Assembly: GCA_045641325.1 (NCBI GenBank)
Contig: JAZUGU010000138.1
Coordinates: 440 to 64,439, forward strand
Direction: 5' to 3'
Source of the DNA: Candidatus Avispirillum sp.
GTDB lineage: Bacteria > Bacillota > Clostridia > Oscillospirales > CAG-272
DNA: 64,000 nt
Shown: in pieces, positions 15,270 through 25,834 of the stretch
Layout of the letters: each line of letters begins with the position of its first letter
Position numbering within the stretch: the first letter of the stretch is position 1
Program-made: the position numbers and the translations under genes
The notes under the pieces: generated by a model
The model's database searches: none
Told to the model about the DNA's origin: nothing
Seen by the model: only the letters and a program-made list of their open reading frames with translations

Positions 15270-17630
15270 TCATTTCAGCCCGTCACAGTAACGGACGGTT
15301 TCCATGGCATCCGACGCATAGAAATCAGCCCCGATCGACTTTGCATATTCCTCAGTCAGAACGGCGCCGCCTACGACGATTTTTACATCCGGTGCTTTTT
15401 CACGTAACAGTTTGATGGTTTCCTCCATCGCCGGAACGGTGGTCGTCATCAATGCGCTTAAACCTACTACCGGAGATGAGGTGGCAATAACTGCTTCAAG
15501 TACTTTTTCCGGAGGAACGTCGCGGCCGAGATCGGTCACGGCAAATCCGTAGTTCTCAAGAAGAAGTTTAACTATATTCTTGCCTATATCGTGAATGTCG
15601 CCCTTGACTGTTGCAAGTACAACAGGGAATTTGACGGCTGCAGATCTCGAGAGGCGGCTTTTTACTGCATCAAATGCGGATTTTGCCGCTTCAGCCGACA
15701 TAAGCAGCTGAGGCAGATATATCTTTTTATCTTCAAATCCGCGGCCTACCTCATCAAGTGCGGGAATGATATGCTCATTTACGACGGCAAGAGGATCGTT
15801 CGTTCCGAGGAGTTGTTCGCACAGAGATGCCGAACGCTCCTTCATTCCTTTTTCAATGGCAGTTCTCAAGGTGTAGTCAAATGATACTGTCTTTTCGTCT
15901 TTTTTGTTCTTTTCGGAAAAAGAGATATAATCCGCGCAGTTTTCGTCAAGACCGTGGAGCACACGGAAAGAGTGATAAGTGCGCATCATTCCTTCGGAAT
16001 ACGGATTCATTATAGCAGCACACAGCCCCGATTCGAGGCACTCTGCGAAGAAGGTGCAGTTGACAAAGTCACGGTCCGGCAAGCCGAATGATACGTTGGA
16101 AATGCCGAGAGAGGTGGGACAGCCGGTCGCGGCTGATATAAGTTTGATAGATTCTATTGTTGTTTCCGCCGCACTTCTGTCCGCACTGACTGCCATGCAC
16201 AGAGGGTCAAAAATTATATCTTTTTTCCGAATGCCGTATTCTGCGGCACTTTCGATTATTTTTTCAGCTATTTTCAGTCTGCCTTCCGCGGTTGCGGGTA
16301 TTCCGTTTTCATCAAGTGTCAGGGCGACGAGAACGCCTCCGTACTTTTTGGCAATAGGGAAGATCTTACGCATGCTTTCTTCTTTGCCGTTTACGGAATT
16401 TATGAGGGGTTTTCCGTTGTAGATACGAAGCGCGGCTTCCATTGCAGACGGATCTGACGTATCAATCTGAAGAGGCAGATCGCATACGGACTGAACTGCA
16501 CAGACGGATTTCTTAAGGACATCTGTTTCGTTGATCCCGGGAAGACCGACGTTCACGTCGAGAACGTGCGCTCCGTGTTCCGTCTGACCGATAGCCTCGG
16601 AAAGAATATAGCCGGAATCGCCGGAAAGGAGGGCTTCTTTCATAGCCTTTTTACCGGTGGGATTAAGACGTTCTCCTATCAGCACGGGGGAATTACCGAA
16701 GTCAACTGCGTGAGTGTAGGATGAAACACATGTGATTTCTTTATCAGTTATCACATCCGGAATATAATCACCGATAATACTCTTGAGAGCTTTGATATAT
16801 TCGGGTGTAGTCCCGCAGCATCCGCCGACGATACGAACGCCCTTTTTGATTTGAGAGAATACTTCTTCTGCAAATTCATCGGGGGTTACGTCATACACGG
16901 TTTTACCGTCAACGATGCAGGGAAGCCCTGCATTGGGCTTGAATATTAAGGGTGCTGACGATCTTTCAATGAGTTTTTCGGCAACGGGGAAAAGCGCACG
17001 CGGACCGAGCGAACAGTTCGCTCCTATGGCATCGGCTCCCAAGCCTTCAAGCATGGCGGCCATGGCAACTGCATCGGCACCGGTCATCAGTTTGCCGTCT
17101 TCGCCGTATGCGTTTGTAACAAAAACGGGAAGATCGGAGTTTTCTTTTGCCGCAAGAAGAGCAGCTTTTGTTTCATATGAGTCATTCATCGTTTCGATGA
17201 CGATGAGATCAACACCGTATTTCACGCCGAGCTTTACAGTTTCAGCAAAGATCGAAACGGCATCCTCAAAATCAAGATCGCCGAGGGGCTTGATAAGCTT
17301 ACCCGTGGGACCTATATCAAGAGCGATGAACTTTTCACCGTCGGCCGTACTTTCATTGCGCGCCGTATCTGCACAGAACACTGCACATTTAACTATTTCG
17401 TCAAGTTCTTCTTTGGAAAATTTGAGAAGATTTGCACCGAAAGTGTTGGTGTATACCACATTTGAGCCGGCATCGAAATAGTCACGGTGTATCTTTGTGA
17501 CAACATCCTTATGGGTGATGTTCCATCTTTCCGGCAGTTCTCCTGACGGCAGACCTGCATTTTGCAGAAGTGTTCCGGAGCCGCCATCCAGCAGCAGTAT
17601 TCTGTTTTTCAGAAATTCCAATACGTTCAT
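15270..17630 (-). CDS. metH: methionine synthase (homocysteine S-methyltransferase + pterin-binding + B12-binding domains, no activation domain)
   Basis: 787 aa from ATG 17630 (ATGA overlap with the upstream gene). The C-terminus carries the GGCCGTTP Zn site and the cobalamin-binding DIHDIGKNIV motif. Confidence 0.9.
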   Translation of the reverse strand: MNVLEFLKNRILLLDGGSGTLLQNAGLPSGELPERWNITHKDVVTKIHRDYFDAGSNVVYTNTFGANLLKFSKEELDEIVKCAVFCADTARNESTADGEKFIALDIGPTGKLIKPLGDLDFEDAVSIFAETVKLGVKYGVDLIVIETMNDSYETKAALLAAKENSDLPVFVTNAYGEDGKLMTGADAVAMAAMLEGLGADAIGANCSLGPRALFPVAEKLIERSSAPLIFKPNAGLPCIVDGKTVYDVTPDEFAEEVFSQIKKGVRIVGGCCGTTPEYIKALKSIIGDYIPDVITDKEITCVSSYTHAVDFGNSPVLIGERLNPTGKKAMKEALLSGDSGYILSEAIGQTEHGAHVLDVNVGLPGINETDVLKKSVCAVQSVCDLPLQIDTSDPSAMEAALRIYNGKPLINSVNGKEESMRKIFPIAKKYGGVLVALTLDENGIPATAEGRLKIAEKIIESAAEYGIRKKDIIFDPLCMAVSADRSAAETTIESIKLISAATGCPTSLGISNVSFGLPDRDFVNCTFFAECLESGLCAAIMNPYSEGMMRTYHSFRVLHGLDENCADYISFSEKNKKDEKTVSFDYTLRTAIEKGMKERSASLCEQLLGTNDPLAVVNEHIIPALDEVGRGFEDKKIYLPQLLMSAEAAKSAFDAVKSRLSRSAAVKFPVVLATVKGDIHDIGKNIVKLLLENYGFAVTDLGRDVPPEKVLEAVIATSSPVVGLSALMTTTVPAMEETIKLLREKAPDVKIVVGGAVLTEEYAKSIGADFYASDAMETVRYCDGLK

Positions 17631-18190
17631 TTTATACCTATTATCGCAGTAACTGATTTTGTGGGAGACATTAATAAACTTTCGTTCAATGTGAGACCTA
17701 TTTTCCGCGGGCAATCCAGCAAAGCGAATATATCGCGCTGTAATTCGAGGGGGAGATCGCCGTATCCCGGACTGAAACGGGGACGTGCATTATCATATTC
17801 CGAGGAAACGATATCGCAGAGCGCTTCGATCCTTTCCGCCCCTATTGCCTGAAACAGAAGTGCCTTTGCAGGTGATACCGCACCGTATTTCATGACCATC
17901 CTGTCGGGGAACGGGCCTACCGTTGCGGCAAATATAACTGCTTTGCTGCAACCGGACAGGTTTTTCGAAAGATCACTTGAGATGATCTTTGCGAAAGACA
18001 TGTCCACTGAATTCCCGCAGATAACAACGGGAACTTCCGTGCGGCAAACCTTGTAGGAGAGACGGCCCTCAGCTTCTGTGAGACATTCCGAAAGAAGCTC
18101 GCAGACCGTATCATCACCGCCGCCGGCGTATCTCAGTATTTCCTTTTCTGACACCGGAGGCGCATTATAAATTTTATATGTTACATTCAT
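17627..18190 (-). CDS. stand-alone methionine synthase B12 activation (AdoMet-binding) domain protein
   Basis: 187 aa ending in RFSPGYGDLPL...SVTAIIGI, typical of the Met_synt_B12 domain. Overlaps both metF and metH by 4 nt. Confidence 0.8.
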   Translation of the reverse strand: MNVTYKIYNAPPVSEKEILRYAGGGDDTVCELLSECLTEAEGRLSYKVCRTEVPVVICGNSVDMSFAKIISSDLSKNLSGCSKAVIFAATVGPFPDRMVMKYGAVSPAKALLFQAIGAERIEALCDIVSSEYDNARPRFSPGYGDLPLELQRDIFALLDCPRKIGLTLNESLLMSPTKSVTAIIGIK

Positions 18191-19065
18191 TTTCCGAGAA
18201 TATCAGAAAGATTCTCCTGTATTTTTGAAGCGACCTCCGGCTTGTTCATGGAGTAAACGTGTACTAAGGGAAGGCCGTTTGCATACAGATCTATTATCTG
18301 GTCGGTAGCATATGCTATTCCGGCTTGCTTCATAGCCGCAGGATCCGAGCCGAAACGGTCTACAAGGCTCATAAAACGCCGAGGAACGAACGATCCGGAA
18401 AGCTTTATGGCTCGTTCAAGCTGTTTTGCATTGGTAATAGGCATGATCCCGGGTACCACGGGCACGGTTATTCCTGTTTCACGTATCCTGTACAGAAAGC
18501 TGTACAGGAGACTGTTGTCAAAAAACATCTGTGTGGTAAGGAACTGTGCGCCTGCATCGACCTTGTCTTTCAGATGCTTTATGTCTTCTACGCTGTTTGC
18601 ACTTTCCGGATGGACTTCCGGATAGCAAGCAGCACCGATACAGAAATCGGCTCCGCTCTCACGAAGTTCGCAAATCAGATCAGAGGCATGGGAATATGCC
18701 CATCCGGAACGGTCACTGTTTTCAAGTTCGGGAGTGAGGTCACCTCTCAATGCCATCACGTTTTCGATGCCGCGTGCTTTCATATCTTCTATGCGTGCTT
18801 TGACAGTTTCCCGTGTGGATGAAACGCAGGTGAGGTGGGCGAGAGTCGGCACGGAATACAGATTCTCGATATTCTGTGCTATGTCAAGGGTATATTTGCT
18901 CGTTCCGCCGCCTGCACCGTATGTAACACTCATAAATGCCGGACGGAGTTCGGCGATCTTTTCTGTTGCTTCCTTTACGCTGTCGAATGACGAATCCGTT
19001 TTGGGAGGGAATACCTCAAAAGAGAGAGCAGGTGAACCGGATTTTAAGATTTCTGTGATTTTCAT
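18187..19065 (-). CDS. metF: methylenetetrahydrofolate reductase
   Basis: 292 aa. SFEVFPPKT and TYGAGG motifs of MetF. Confidence 0.9.
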   Translation of the reverse strand: MKITEILKSGSPALSFEVFPPKTDSSFDSVKEATEKIAELRPAFMSVTYGAGGGTSKYTLDIAQNIENLYSVPTLAHLTCVSSTRETVKARIEDMKARGIENVMALRGDLTPELENSDRSGWAYSHASDLICELRESGADFCIGAACYPEVHPESANSVEDIKHLKDKVDAGAQFLTTQMFFDNSLLYSFLYRIRETGITVPVVPGIMPITNAKQLERAIKLSGSFVPRRFMSLVDRFGSDPAAMKQAGIAYATDQIIDLYANGLPLVHVYSMNKPEVASKIQENLSDILGK

Positions 19066-19072
19066 GTTTATG

Positions 19073-19753
19073 TTATTCCTTTATAAGATCTTTGATGATT
19101 TCTCCCGCCATGATCATTCCCATAACACCGGGAGTGAATGAGTTTGATCCGACAGTTCTGCCCGGATTGATCGGTTCTTCTTTTGAATAGACGACTTTCA
19201 AAGAGTCAATACCCAGTTTGCGAAGATTCGTTCTGATCGTTTTCGCAAGCGGACACACGGATGTTTTACTGATGTCTGTTACCTCAAAACGTGTCGGATC
19301 AGCCTTGTTTCCCGCACCCATTGCGGATATTATCGGGATCCCGGCGGCTTTTGCCGTGTAGATGAGCGACAGCTTGTCCCGGACGGAGTCAATCGCGTCC
19401 AGAACATAATCATAAGATGAAAAATCAAAGCTGTCGGAGCTTCCGGAAGAATAGAAACGGTTGATGATGTTCAGCCTGCAGTCCGGGTTTATTTCGGAGA
19501 TCCTTTCGGCAAATGCATCACCTTTGTACATGCCGACGGTTTTCCGAGTTGCTATCAGTTGTCTGTTTATATTTGAACGTGAAACCTTATCACCGTCGAC
19601 TAAAGTCAGACTGCCGATCCCGGCACGCACAAGTGCTTCAACGGCATGTCCTCCGACGCCTCCGAGACCGAAAACGGCAACGTGAGCACCGGACAGTTTG
19701 CCGAAAGCATCTTCGCCGAACATCAGGGCTGTCCTTTCAAATTCTTCCTTCAT
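19073..19753 (-). CDS. tcdA: tRNA threonylcarbamoyladenosine dehydratase (ThiF/MoeB-family)
   Basis: GLGGVGGHAVEALVRAGIGSLTLVDGDKVSRSNINRQ nucleotide-binding signature. 226 aa. Confidence 0.8.
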   Translation of the reverse strand: MKEEFERTALMFGEDAFGKLSGAHVAVFGLGGVGGHAVEALVRAGIGSLTLVDGDKVSRSNINRQLIATRKTVGMYKGDAFAERISEINPDCRLNIINRFYSSGSSDSFDFSSYDYVLDAIDSVRDKLSLIYTAKAAGIPIISAMGAGNKADPTRFEVTDISKTSVCPLAKTIRTNLRKLGIDSLKVVYSKEEPINPGRTVGSNSFTPGVMGMIMAGEIIKDLIKE

Positions 19754-19935
19754 CCGTCTACCTCATAAAAAATTCCTAACATACATATTACCACTAATTG
19801 TCAGAAAAATCAATATTGGAGCAAATAAACAATAAATATCATAAATTTAAATAATTTATTGACAAATTTATAAAGAAATGTTATCATAAATTATAAAATA
19901 AACCGATTGTCGGTATTTGTATCAGGAGGTTTTAC

Positions 19936-22692
19936 GTGAAAAAAACGACTAAAAGATTGCTTGAAGTTCTGACAGTTGCAGTGCTTCTGTGCGTTTTGCT
20001 CGTAGGCGTGTTCTCGGCATCTGCTGTGTCCGATGATCCCGCCGACAGCTATGTTAAGCAGAACGCGGCAAACGAGGATTCAAGCCTTTCAATGTGGTTT
20101 GACCACTCATTCCGCAAGACGTTCACTTCTGATGTGACGTCCACCGGAAAGGAAACTTACTCTATCTACATGGCGAAGAACGAGATAGAATCGGCCCAGG
20201 TAGTGCTTTATTCCGCAACCGATAGAACCGGAATGAACATCGAAGTTACCGATTTTACCGACGGCAACGGTAATACAGTTCCCGCAGAACTGTATTACGA
20301 AATGTATGTCACTACTTCAAAGCTGAACTCCGCCTATGTGCTGGGAGCAACGGCAAATGACACTATCATCCGCTCCGGCGAGACCCCCGACCCCGTGCTC
20401 CCCTACTCGGCTCTCGGAACAAAAAGCAAACCCGCGACTTTCAAACTCAACGCAGGCAAGTCTCAGGCGTTCCTTATCCGTGCAACGTCCGCTGAGGATA
20501 CTCCTGCCGGCTGGTATTCCGCACAGCTCAACGTGTATGATTCAAACGGCAACCAGGTAAAGACCGCTACCGTTTATCTGCACGTCTGGGATTTTGTTAT
20601 TTCTGATGAGACCGCACTGCAGACTGCGTTCTTTATGGGAAATAATACTTCATACGGCGGCTCATATCAGGCCTTCTACGATTATTTCCTTGAGAACAGA
20701 CTCAACGCTATGGACGTTCCCGGCGGAAAAATCACCTCTTCCAATCCTTATCTGACCAATCCCCGTGTAACGGCAGTCCGTATGTCCACGACAGGTCTTG
20801 GTTCAGTATCCGGTTCTACGTATATGGATGGCACTAACCAGTATGGTCAGTATCTTCCCATGTATTACGATTTGTCTGCTTCCCCCAACTGGGACGAGTT
20901 TAAGGATAAGCTGTATTTCTACACTGTTGATGAGCCTACATCCGAGGAACAGCACGATGCAATAAGACTGTCACAGCCTAATTTCACCGGTGTTACCATC
21001 GACAATGTAAAAAGCGCCAGCGCTTATCTCAGCCGCTTCTGGCCCGATGCAAATACGGTAGTTCCTTATCATGAGGATCATCCTTATCCTTATTACAGAT
21101 ATCCCAACAATCCCGCAACATATTCCTACGGCGAGAGACGTGATGCAACTGAAGAACTGCTGATAACAGGCTCCGTTACCACATGGTGTCCTCAGATTTA
21201 CGCATTCACTCCCAAATATGAGCTTGATGCGGTAAACTACATTGGCGGCGAAGACACTTATATTCGTGAGCTGGGATGCACAATTTCCGGCATATACTGC
21301 GCAGGACCCAAGGGAACAACTGTATTCGGTTCTCCCTATGTTGACTGGACCGAGCAGTTCGGTGAATTCCACGACAGAGTAATGTCCCATCAGATAGTTG
21401 AAAACGCCAAGGGCGGCAATTACAAGCTGTGGGCATACTCCGCAGGCTGGAATAAGGGCTATACTTATTGTAACCACCTTATCGAGAACACCGGACTGCA
21501 GACAAAACTTCTGTTCTGGCAGCTCTTCCAGAACGACGTTACCGGTTATCTCTACTACGGCACGAATAACTGGGATGAATACAAGACAGGTCACGATTCC
21601 ACCACAACCGGTGCAAAATCCACCTGTACATGGTTTGTAAACCGTCACGACTACGGCACCGGATATTCCATCTTCGGTAACGGTACTCTGTTCTACGGTA
21701 AGAACATGGCAAGAGTATCTGCTGTTGATGTTGTCGGTACTCTCCGTATCGAAATTCTCCGCGACGGCGTTGAAGAATATCAGATGCTGAAAATGCTGTC
21801 CGATATGAAGGGCAACAATGCTGCAAAGGACGTTGTATCCGAAGTATCCGCCAACGTTGTAAATTACCTGTCCCTCAATAATTTCTCAACCTCCGCCTGG
21901 GGCAATATGGATGATTACGACATTATGGAAACCGTCAGACGCAACCTTGGTGCCGCTGTTGAAGAGGCATCAGCTGACGTTTGCGAGCATAACTGGGACG
22001 ACGGCGTTGAGACCAAGGCAGCTACATGCAAGGTCATGGGCGAAACCACTTATACATGTACTGAGTGCGGTGCCGTTAAGACCGAGTATATCCCCGCAAG
22101 ACATTCCATTCAGGAGAACTTTACTGAAATCGGCGGAACTCCTGCAACTTGTACTGAAAACGGAAATATCGTTTACAGATGTAATTTCTGCGACTATGAA
22201 AAGTCAGTTGATATTATTGCATTCCATAACGACGAGTTTTCATGGGCCTATGAAATGAAGAGCGACAGCGCTCACGTCATTAAATGCTCCGTGTGCGGTA
22301 CGACTCTCGTTTCCTCTGAAGCTCACGACATGCGTCATGAGAACAGGGAACCTACCTGCACCGAGGCGGGCGTTGAAAGAGATTACTGTCGCGTATGCGA
22401 TTATGAGGCCAATGTTATTGAGGGCGATCCCGCAACCGGACACAACTATGTTGACGGTGTATGTACTGCTTGCGGCGAGCCCGATCCTTCGTACAACCCC
22501 GAACCTCCCGCACCGGAATTTATTCCCGGAGATCTTGACGGCGACAATAAAGTCACCGCAAAGGACATCAACCTCATGAAAAAGATGATGACCGGCGTTG
22601 TGGCTTATGTTGACGCAGCTGACTTGAACGGAGACAACAAGCTGACTGTTGCCGACGTTAACCAGCTGAAGAAAATCGTTACCGGTTCATAA
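19936..22692 (+). CDS. secreted DUF4091 (GH123-like) protein with Cys-rich repeats and a C-terminal type-I dockerin
   Basis: Signal peptide. A DUF4091-like N-terminal two thirds. Three or four repeats of H-x...ATC-x...Y-x-C-x2-CG. Terminal DLDGDNKVTAKD...DLNGDNKLTVAD dockerin duplication. Confidence 0.8.
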   Translation: MKKTTKRLLEVLTVAVLLCVLLVGVFSASAVSDDPADSYVKQNAANEDSSLSMWFDHSFRKTFTSDVTSTGKETYSIYMAKNEIESAQVVLYSATDRTGMNIEVTDFTDGNGNTVPAELYYEMYVTTSKLNSAYVLGATANDTIIRSGETPDPVLPYSALGTKSKPATFKLNAGKSQAFLIRATSAEDTPAGWYSAQLNVYDSNGNQVKTATVYLHVWDFVISDETALQTAFFMGNNTSYGGSYQAFYDYFLENRLNAMDVPGGKITSSNPYLTNPRVTAVRMSTTGLGSVSGSTYMDGTNQYGQYLPMYYDLSASPNWDEFKDKLYFYTVDEPTSEEQHDAIRLSQPNFTGVTIDNVKSASAYLSRFWPDANTVVPYHEDHPYPYYRYPNNPATYSYGERRDATEELLITGSVTTWCPQIYAFTPKYELDAVNYIGGEDTYIRELGCTISGIYCAGPKGTTVFGSPYVDWTEQFGEFHDRVMSHQIVENAKGGNYKLWAYSAGWNKGYTYCNHLIENTGLQTKLLFWQLFQNDVTGYLYYGTNNWDEYKTGHDSTTTGAKSTCTWFVNRHDYGTGYSIFGNGTLFYGKNMARVSAVDVVGTLRIEILRDGVEEYQMLKMLSDMKGNNAAKDVVSEVSANVVNYLSLNNFSTSAWGNMDDYDIMETVRRNLGAAVEEASADVCEHNWDDGVETKAATCKVMGETTYTCTECGAVKTEYIPARHSIQENFTEIGGTPATCTENGNIVYRCNFCDYEKSVDIIAFHNDEFSWAYEMKSDSAHVIKCSVCGTTLVSSEAHDMRHENREPTCTEAGVERDYCRVCDYEANVIEGDPATGHNYVDGVCTACGEPDPSYNPEPPAPEFIPGDLDGDNKVTAKDINLMKKMMTGVVAYVDAADLNGDNKLTVADVNQLKKIVTGS

Positions 22693-22708
22693 TCTATCAG
22701 ACTTAAAT

Positions 22709-22745
22709 CAAAATGACCGAAACTTATGTTTCGGTCATTTTTTTA
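22709..22745. terminator. bidirectional intrinsic terminator (ATGACCGAAAC-TTAT-GTTTCGGTCAT flanked by an A-run and a T-run)
   Basis: 11-bp perfect stem with T6 downstream and A4 upstream, between convergent genes. Same stem as the internal hairpin of the 217-nt repeat. Confidence 0.8.
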
Positions 22746-22755
22746 TATGCTGTTT

Positions 22756-23787
22756 TCAGTGCCGCATACTCTTGATCTTCTTGATTGTTTTTCTCGGATA
22801 CAGGAGAATTTCGGGAACGATGAGAAGCTTCATGATGTACGCCACAACGAAGGGAATGGCTATTCCTGAGGCGACACCGCAAATGAAATGCACCCACGGA
22901 TTGTACACCGAAAGCTTTATGAGAATTGCTCTGATTGCAGGAGCTGACAAAGTATGCATAAGAAATACGGGCAGGGTGTAACCGGCGGCGAATGATATGA
23001 ATTTAAGCGTATGCCTTCTGCAGATGAGATATGAAGGCGTGATGACAAGTATACACCCGAGAACGCCCATTACTGTGCTCGCCAGCGGGAATTCGATACT
23101 GTATCTTTGTATGAGTAATGCTAAAGGTATAAACGAAACACCGAGCAAAGAAAACAAAACTGTAAATGATTTTTTGCGGAGCAGGGATAACAGATCATAT
23201 GAACAAACGACACTTCCCGCCGCAAACCACATCCAATCCTCAAATATACATTTGAGGAAATACGGCATCGGTGCGCCGTCGAGAAACAAGGCGTAAATAA
23301 TATGCGCTATGGCTGATAGAGCGAATATTATGAGATTTGATCTTTTGTTCTTGATCGGAGGTGAAATCAGGAATATGAAAAACAATGCATACAGGTACCA
23401 GTACGGTGCCTCCGGACGAAGAAACAGCGTTTCGACGTAAGAGTATTTGCTTGCATTGTTAACGCTGGATTCAAATAACTGCTTCAGTATATAACCTGCT
23501 GTCAAAAAAACGACATACGGTATTCCCAGGTCTATAAGCTTTTTTGAGATTCCTGCAAGATAACCCTTCGGTGAAGGTGTGCTCCGCTTCGTGAAGAGCC
23601 AACCGCTGCAGAAGAAGAACAGATTGACATGGAAATAATAAATTACAGTTATGAATGTGCGGGCAGTTCCGTCCGGAGAGATGATTCCTGCTGAAATCAG
23701 GCCCCGGAGAACGTGTCCTACAACTACCAGAAGACAGGCTGTGACCTTTACAAGGTCAATCCATCTTTCTCTTTTGTAAATATCCAT
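22756..23787 (-). CDS. acyltransferase family 3 membrane protein
   Basis: 343 aa, about 10 TM segments. N-terminal W-x-D-x-K...GH pattern (RWIDLVKVTACLLVVVGHV). Confidence 0.75.
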   Translation of the reverse strand: MDIYKRERWIDLVKVTACLLVVVGHVLRGLISAGIISPDGTARTFITVIYYFHVNLFFFCSGWLFTKRSTPSPKGYLAGISKKLIDLGIPYVVFLTAGYILKQLFESSVNNASKYSYVETLFLRPEAPYWYLYALFFIFLISPPIKNKRSNLIIFALSAIAHIIYALFLDGAPMPYFLKCIFEDWMWFAAGSVVCSYDLLSLLRKKSFTVLFSLLGVSFIPLALLIQRYSIEFPLASTVMGVLGCILVITPSYLICRRHTLKFISFAAGYTLPVFLMHTLSAPAIRAILIKLSVYNPWVHFICGVASGIAIPFVVAYIMKLLIVPEILLYPRKTIKKIKSMRH

Positions 23788-23797
23788 TACGGACTCC

Positions 23798-24832
23798 TTA
23801 TATCAGCTTCTTTAACCGATCAAGGAAAGAATCGACTTCACATTCTTTTGTGCCGTATGACGTTACGAGCCTTATAGGTATCAATCCGTTTTCCTCTTCG
23901 CCCCATACGGTGAAGAAAAAGTCCTTTTCAAGCTTTGATACTACATGTGACGGAAGAACGGGGAAAACCTGGTTCGTGGGCGAATTTCCCATAAATGATA
24001 TTCCCAGCTCTTTTATTCCGGAACGCAGTTTGTCCGCCATTTCATTGGCGTATGATGCGATCCTGTAATAAAGGCTGTTTTCTCCGCCGGAAAGAAGTGC
24101 CTCGAACTGAACTCCGATGAGCCTGCCTTTTGCCAGCATACCGCAATGCTGTTTTATCATCCATCTGAAATGGTCGTCCATGAGAGGATTTTTAATTACA
24201 AGGGCTTCGCCCATCATAGCGCCGTTTTTTGTTCCGCCTATGTAGAATGCATCACATAGGGAAGCGAGTGTACGGATATCAAGATCGTTTTCACGGCATG
24301 TAAGAGCTGATCCGAGTCTTGCACCGTCAACGTAAAGGAAAAGACCTTTTTCGCGGCACTTGTCGGACAAAGCCTGCATTTCTGCTTTTGAATATATAGT
24401 ACCTATCTCCGTAGGCTGGGAGATATATACAAGACGTGCACTGAGGGTGTGCTCATCGGAGCATTCAAGAAGTGCCTCGTCGATCATTTCCGGATATACT
24501 TTGCCATCTTTTCCGGTGACTGTTATTACACGGTGGCCCGTGGCTTCAACGCCTCCGGTTTCATGTGCGTATATATGACCGGATTTTGCACATATTACCG
24601 CCTCGTAGGGACGGAGCGCCGAGGAGATCGTTATTATGTTGCAGGGCGTTCCGCCGATCATCATATATACGCGGCAATCATCAATGCCTATGAGATCGCG
24701 GATGATCCTTGCGGCATTTTCGCAGTGAGGATCGATCCCGTAACCGTCTGTATGCTCATCATTTGTTTTTGTTAATGCATCAAGCACCAGGGGGTGTGCA
24801 CCCTGGCTGTAATCGGAACGGAAAAATATCAT
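23798..24832 (-). CDS. ltaE: low-specificity threonine aldolase / beta-eliminating lyase family (PLP)
   Basis: FRSDYSQGAHP...GGTKNGA pattern. ORF track gives 24898; ATG 24832 preferred (AAGAGGTGA upstream). Confidence 0.75.
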   Translation of the reverse strand: MIFFRSDYSQGAHPLVLDALTKTNDEHTDGYGIDPHCENAARIIRDLIGIDDCRVYMMIGGTPCNIITISSALRPYEAVICAKSGHIYAHETGGVEATGHRVITVTGKDGKVYPEMIDEALLECSDEHTLSARLVYISQPTEIGTIYSKAEMQALSDKCREKGLFLYVDGARLGSALTCRENDLDIRTLASLCDAFYIGGTKNGAMMGEALVIKNPLMDDHFRWMIKQHCGMLAKGRLIGVQFEALLSGGENSLYYRIASYANEMADKLRSGIKELGISFMGNSPTNQVFPVLPSHVVSKLEKDFFFTVWGEEENGLIPIRLVTSYGTKECEVDSFLDRLKKLI

Positions 24833-24991
24833 AAATATCACCTCTTTTAACGACAGTATAACACAAAATGCGTACAATGTAAATAATAATAATTGCACGG
24901 TAACGGTGTGTATTACAAAATATTAACAGTTTATTTATTACAAATTTATATATCAAGTGTACAATAAAAAAATAAAATCGGGGGGGATCGT

Positions 24992-25834
24992 ATGTTCGGC
25001 TATATAAAACCATATATCCCGGATATGAAGGTGCGCGAGCATGAGATGTATCGCGGGCTTTACTGCGGTCTTTGCCGTTCAATGGGAAAACACACAGGAA
25101 CGCTCTCAAGAATGTTTCTGAGCTACGATTTTGTTTTTCTTGCCGCGGTGCGTTCCGTGCTTGAAAAAGATACGGTTTGTCCGTCGCTGAAACGGTGTAT
25201 GGTGCATCCGCTGAAAAAACGCTGCTGTGTGTGTGACAATAATTCGCTGCGTTACTGTGCCGCATCTGCCGCGCTCCTGACGTCAGCGAAGCTTATGGAC
25301 GATGTCAATGATTCTTCCGGTGTCAAGCGAATAATATCACGATTGCTTCACGCTTTGATCCGTCCTTCTGAGAAAAGAGCGGTCAAAAACAATTCCGTGC
25401 CGGAAAAAGAGATATATGAATTTCTCAGGAAGCTTTCGGAACTCGAGGGAAGTAAGTGCTCGTCTGTTGACGATCCTGCCGATATTTTCGGAGATCTCCT
25501 TTCTGCGGTATTTTCATACGGGCTCCCCGAAAAGGAAGCACGAATAGCTTCTGTTATCGGGAAATCAGCCGGCAGGTTAATATATGTTCTTGATGCGGCT
25601 GATGATAAGTTAAAAGACGAAAAAACCGGAAGCTATAACCCGCTTAATATAGAGCATGTCGACGTCAATGATCTTTCACTTGCCGTCAGACTTGAGCTTG
25701 AAAGAATGGCTGCGGCAGTTGAACTGATGGATTTCAATGGCATGCCGGAGCTTGAAGGAATTATCAAAAATACCGTATATGAAGGTTTGCCGAAAAATGC
25801 GGATGGCGTATTCGGCGGAAAGGAGAAGAAATGA
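24992..25834 (+). CDS. DUF5685 family protein
   Basis: The N-terminus [36 protein letters not shown] is the characteristic start of this family. Confidence 0.7.
   Translation: MFGYIKPYIPDMKVREHEMYRGLYCGLCRSMGKHTGTLSRMFLSYDFVFLAAVRSVLEKDTVCPSLKRCMVHPLKKRCCVCDNNSLRYCAASAALLTSAKLMDDVNDSSGVKRIISRLLHALIRPSEKRAVKNNSVPEKEIYEFLRKLSELEGSKCSSVDDPADIFGDLLSAVFSYGLPEKEARIASVIGKSAGRLIYVLDAADDKLKDEKTGSYNPLNIEHVDVNDLSLAVRLELERMAAAVELMDFNGMPELEGIIKNTVYEGLPKNADGVFGGKEKK

Noticed and set aside
24780-25265. 161-aa minus-strand ORF
   Set aside because: It spans the ltaE/DUF5685 divergent intergenic region and runs antisense into the DUF5685 gene. It has no SD and is low-complexity.
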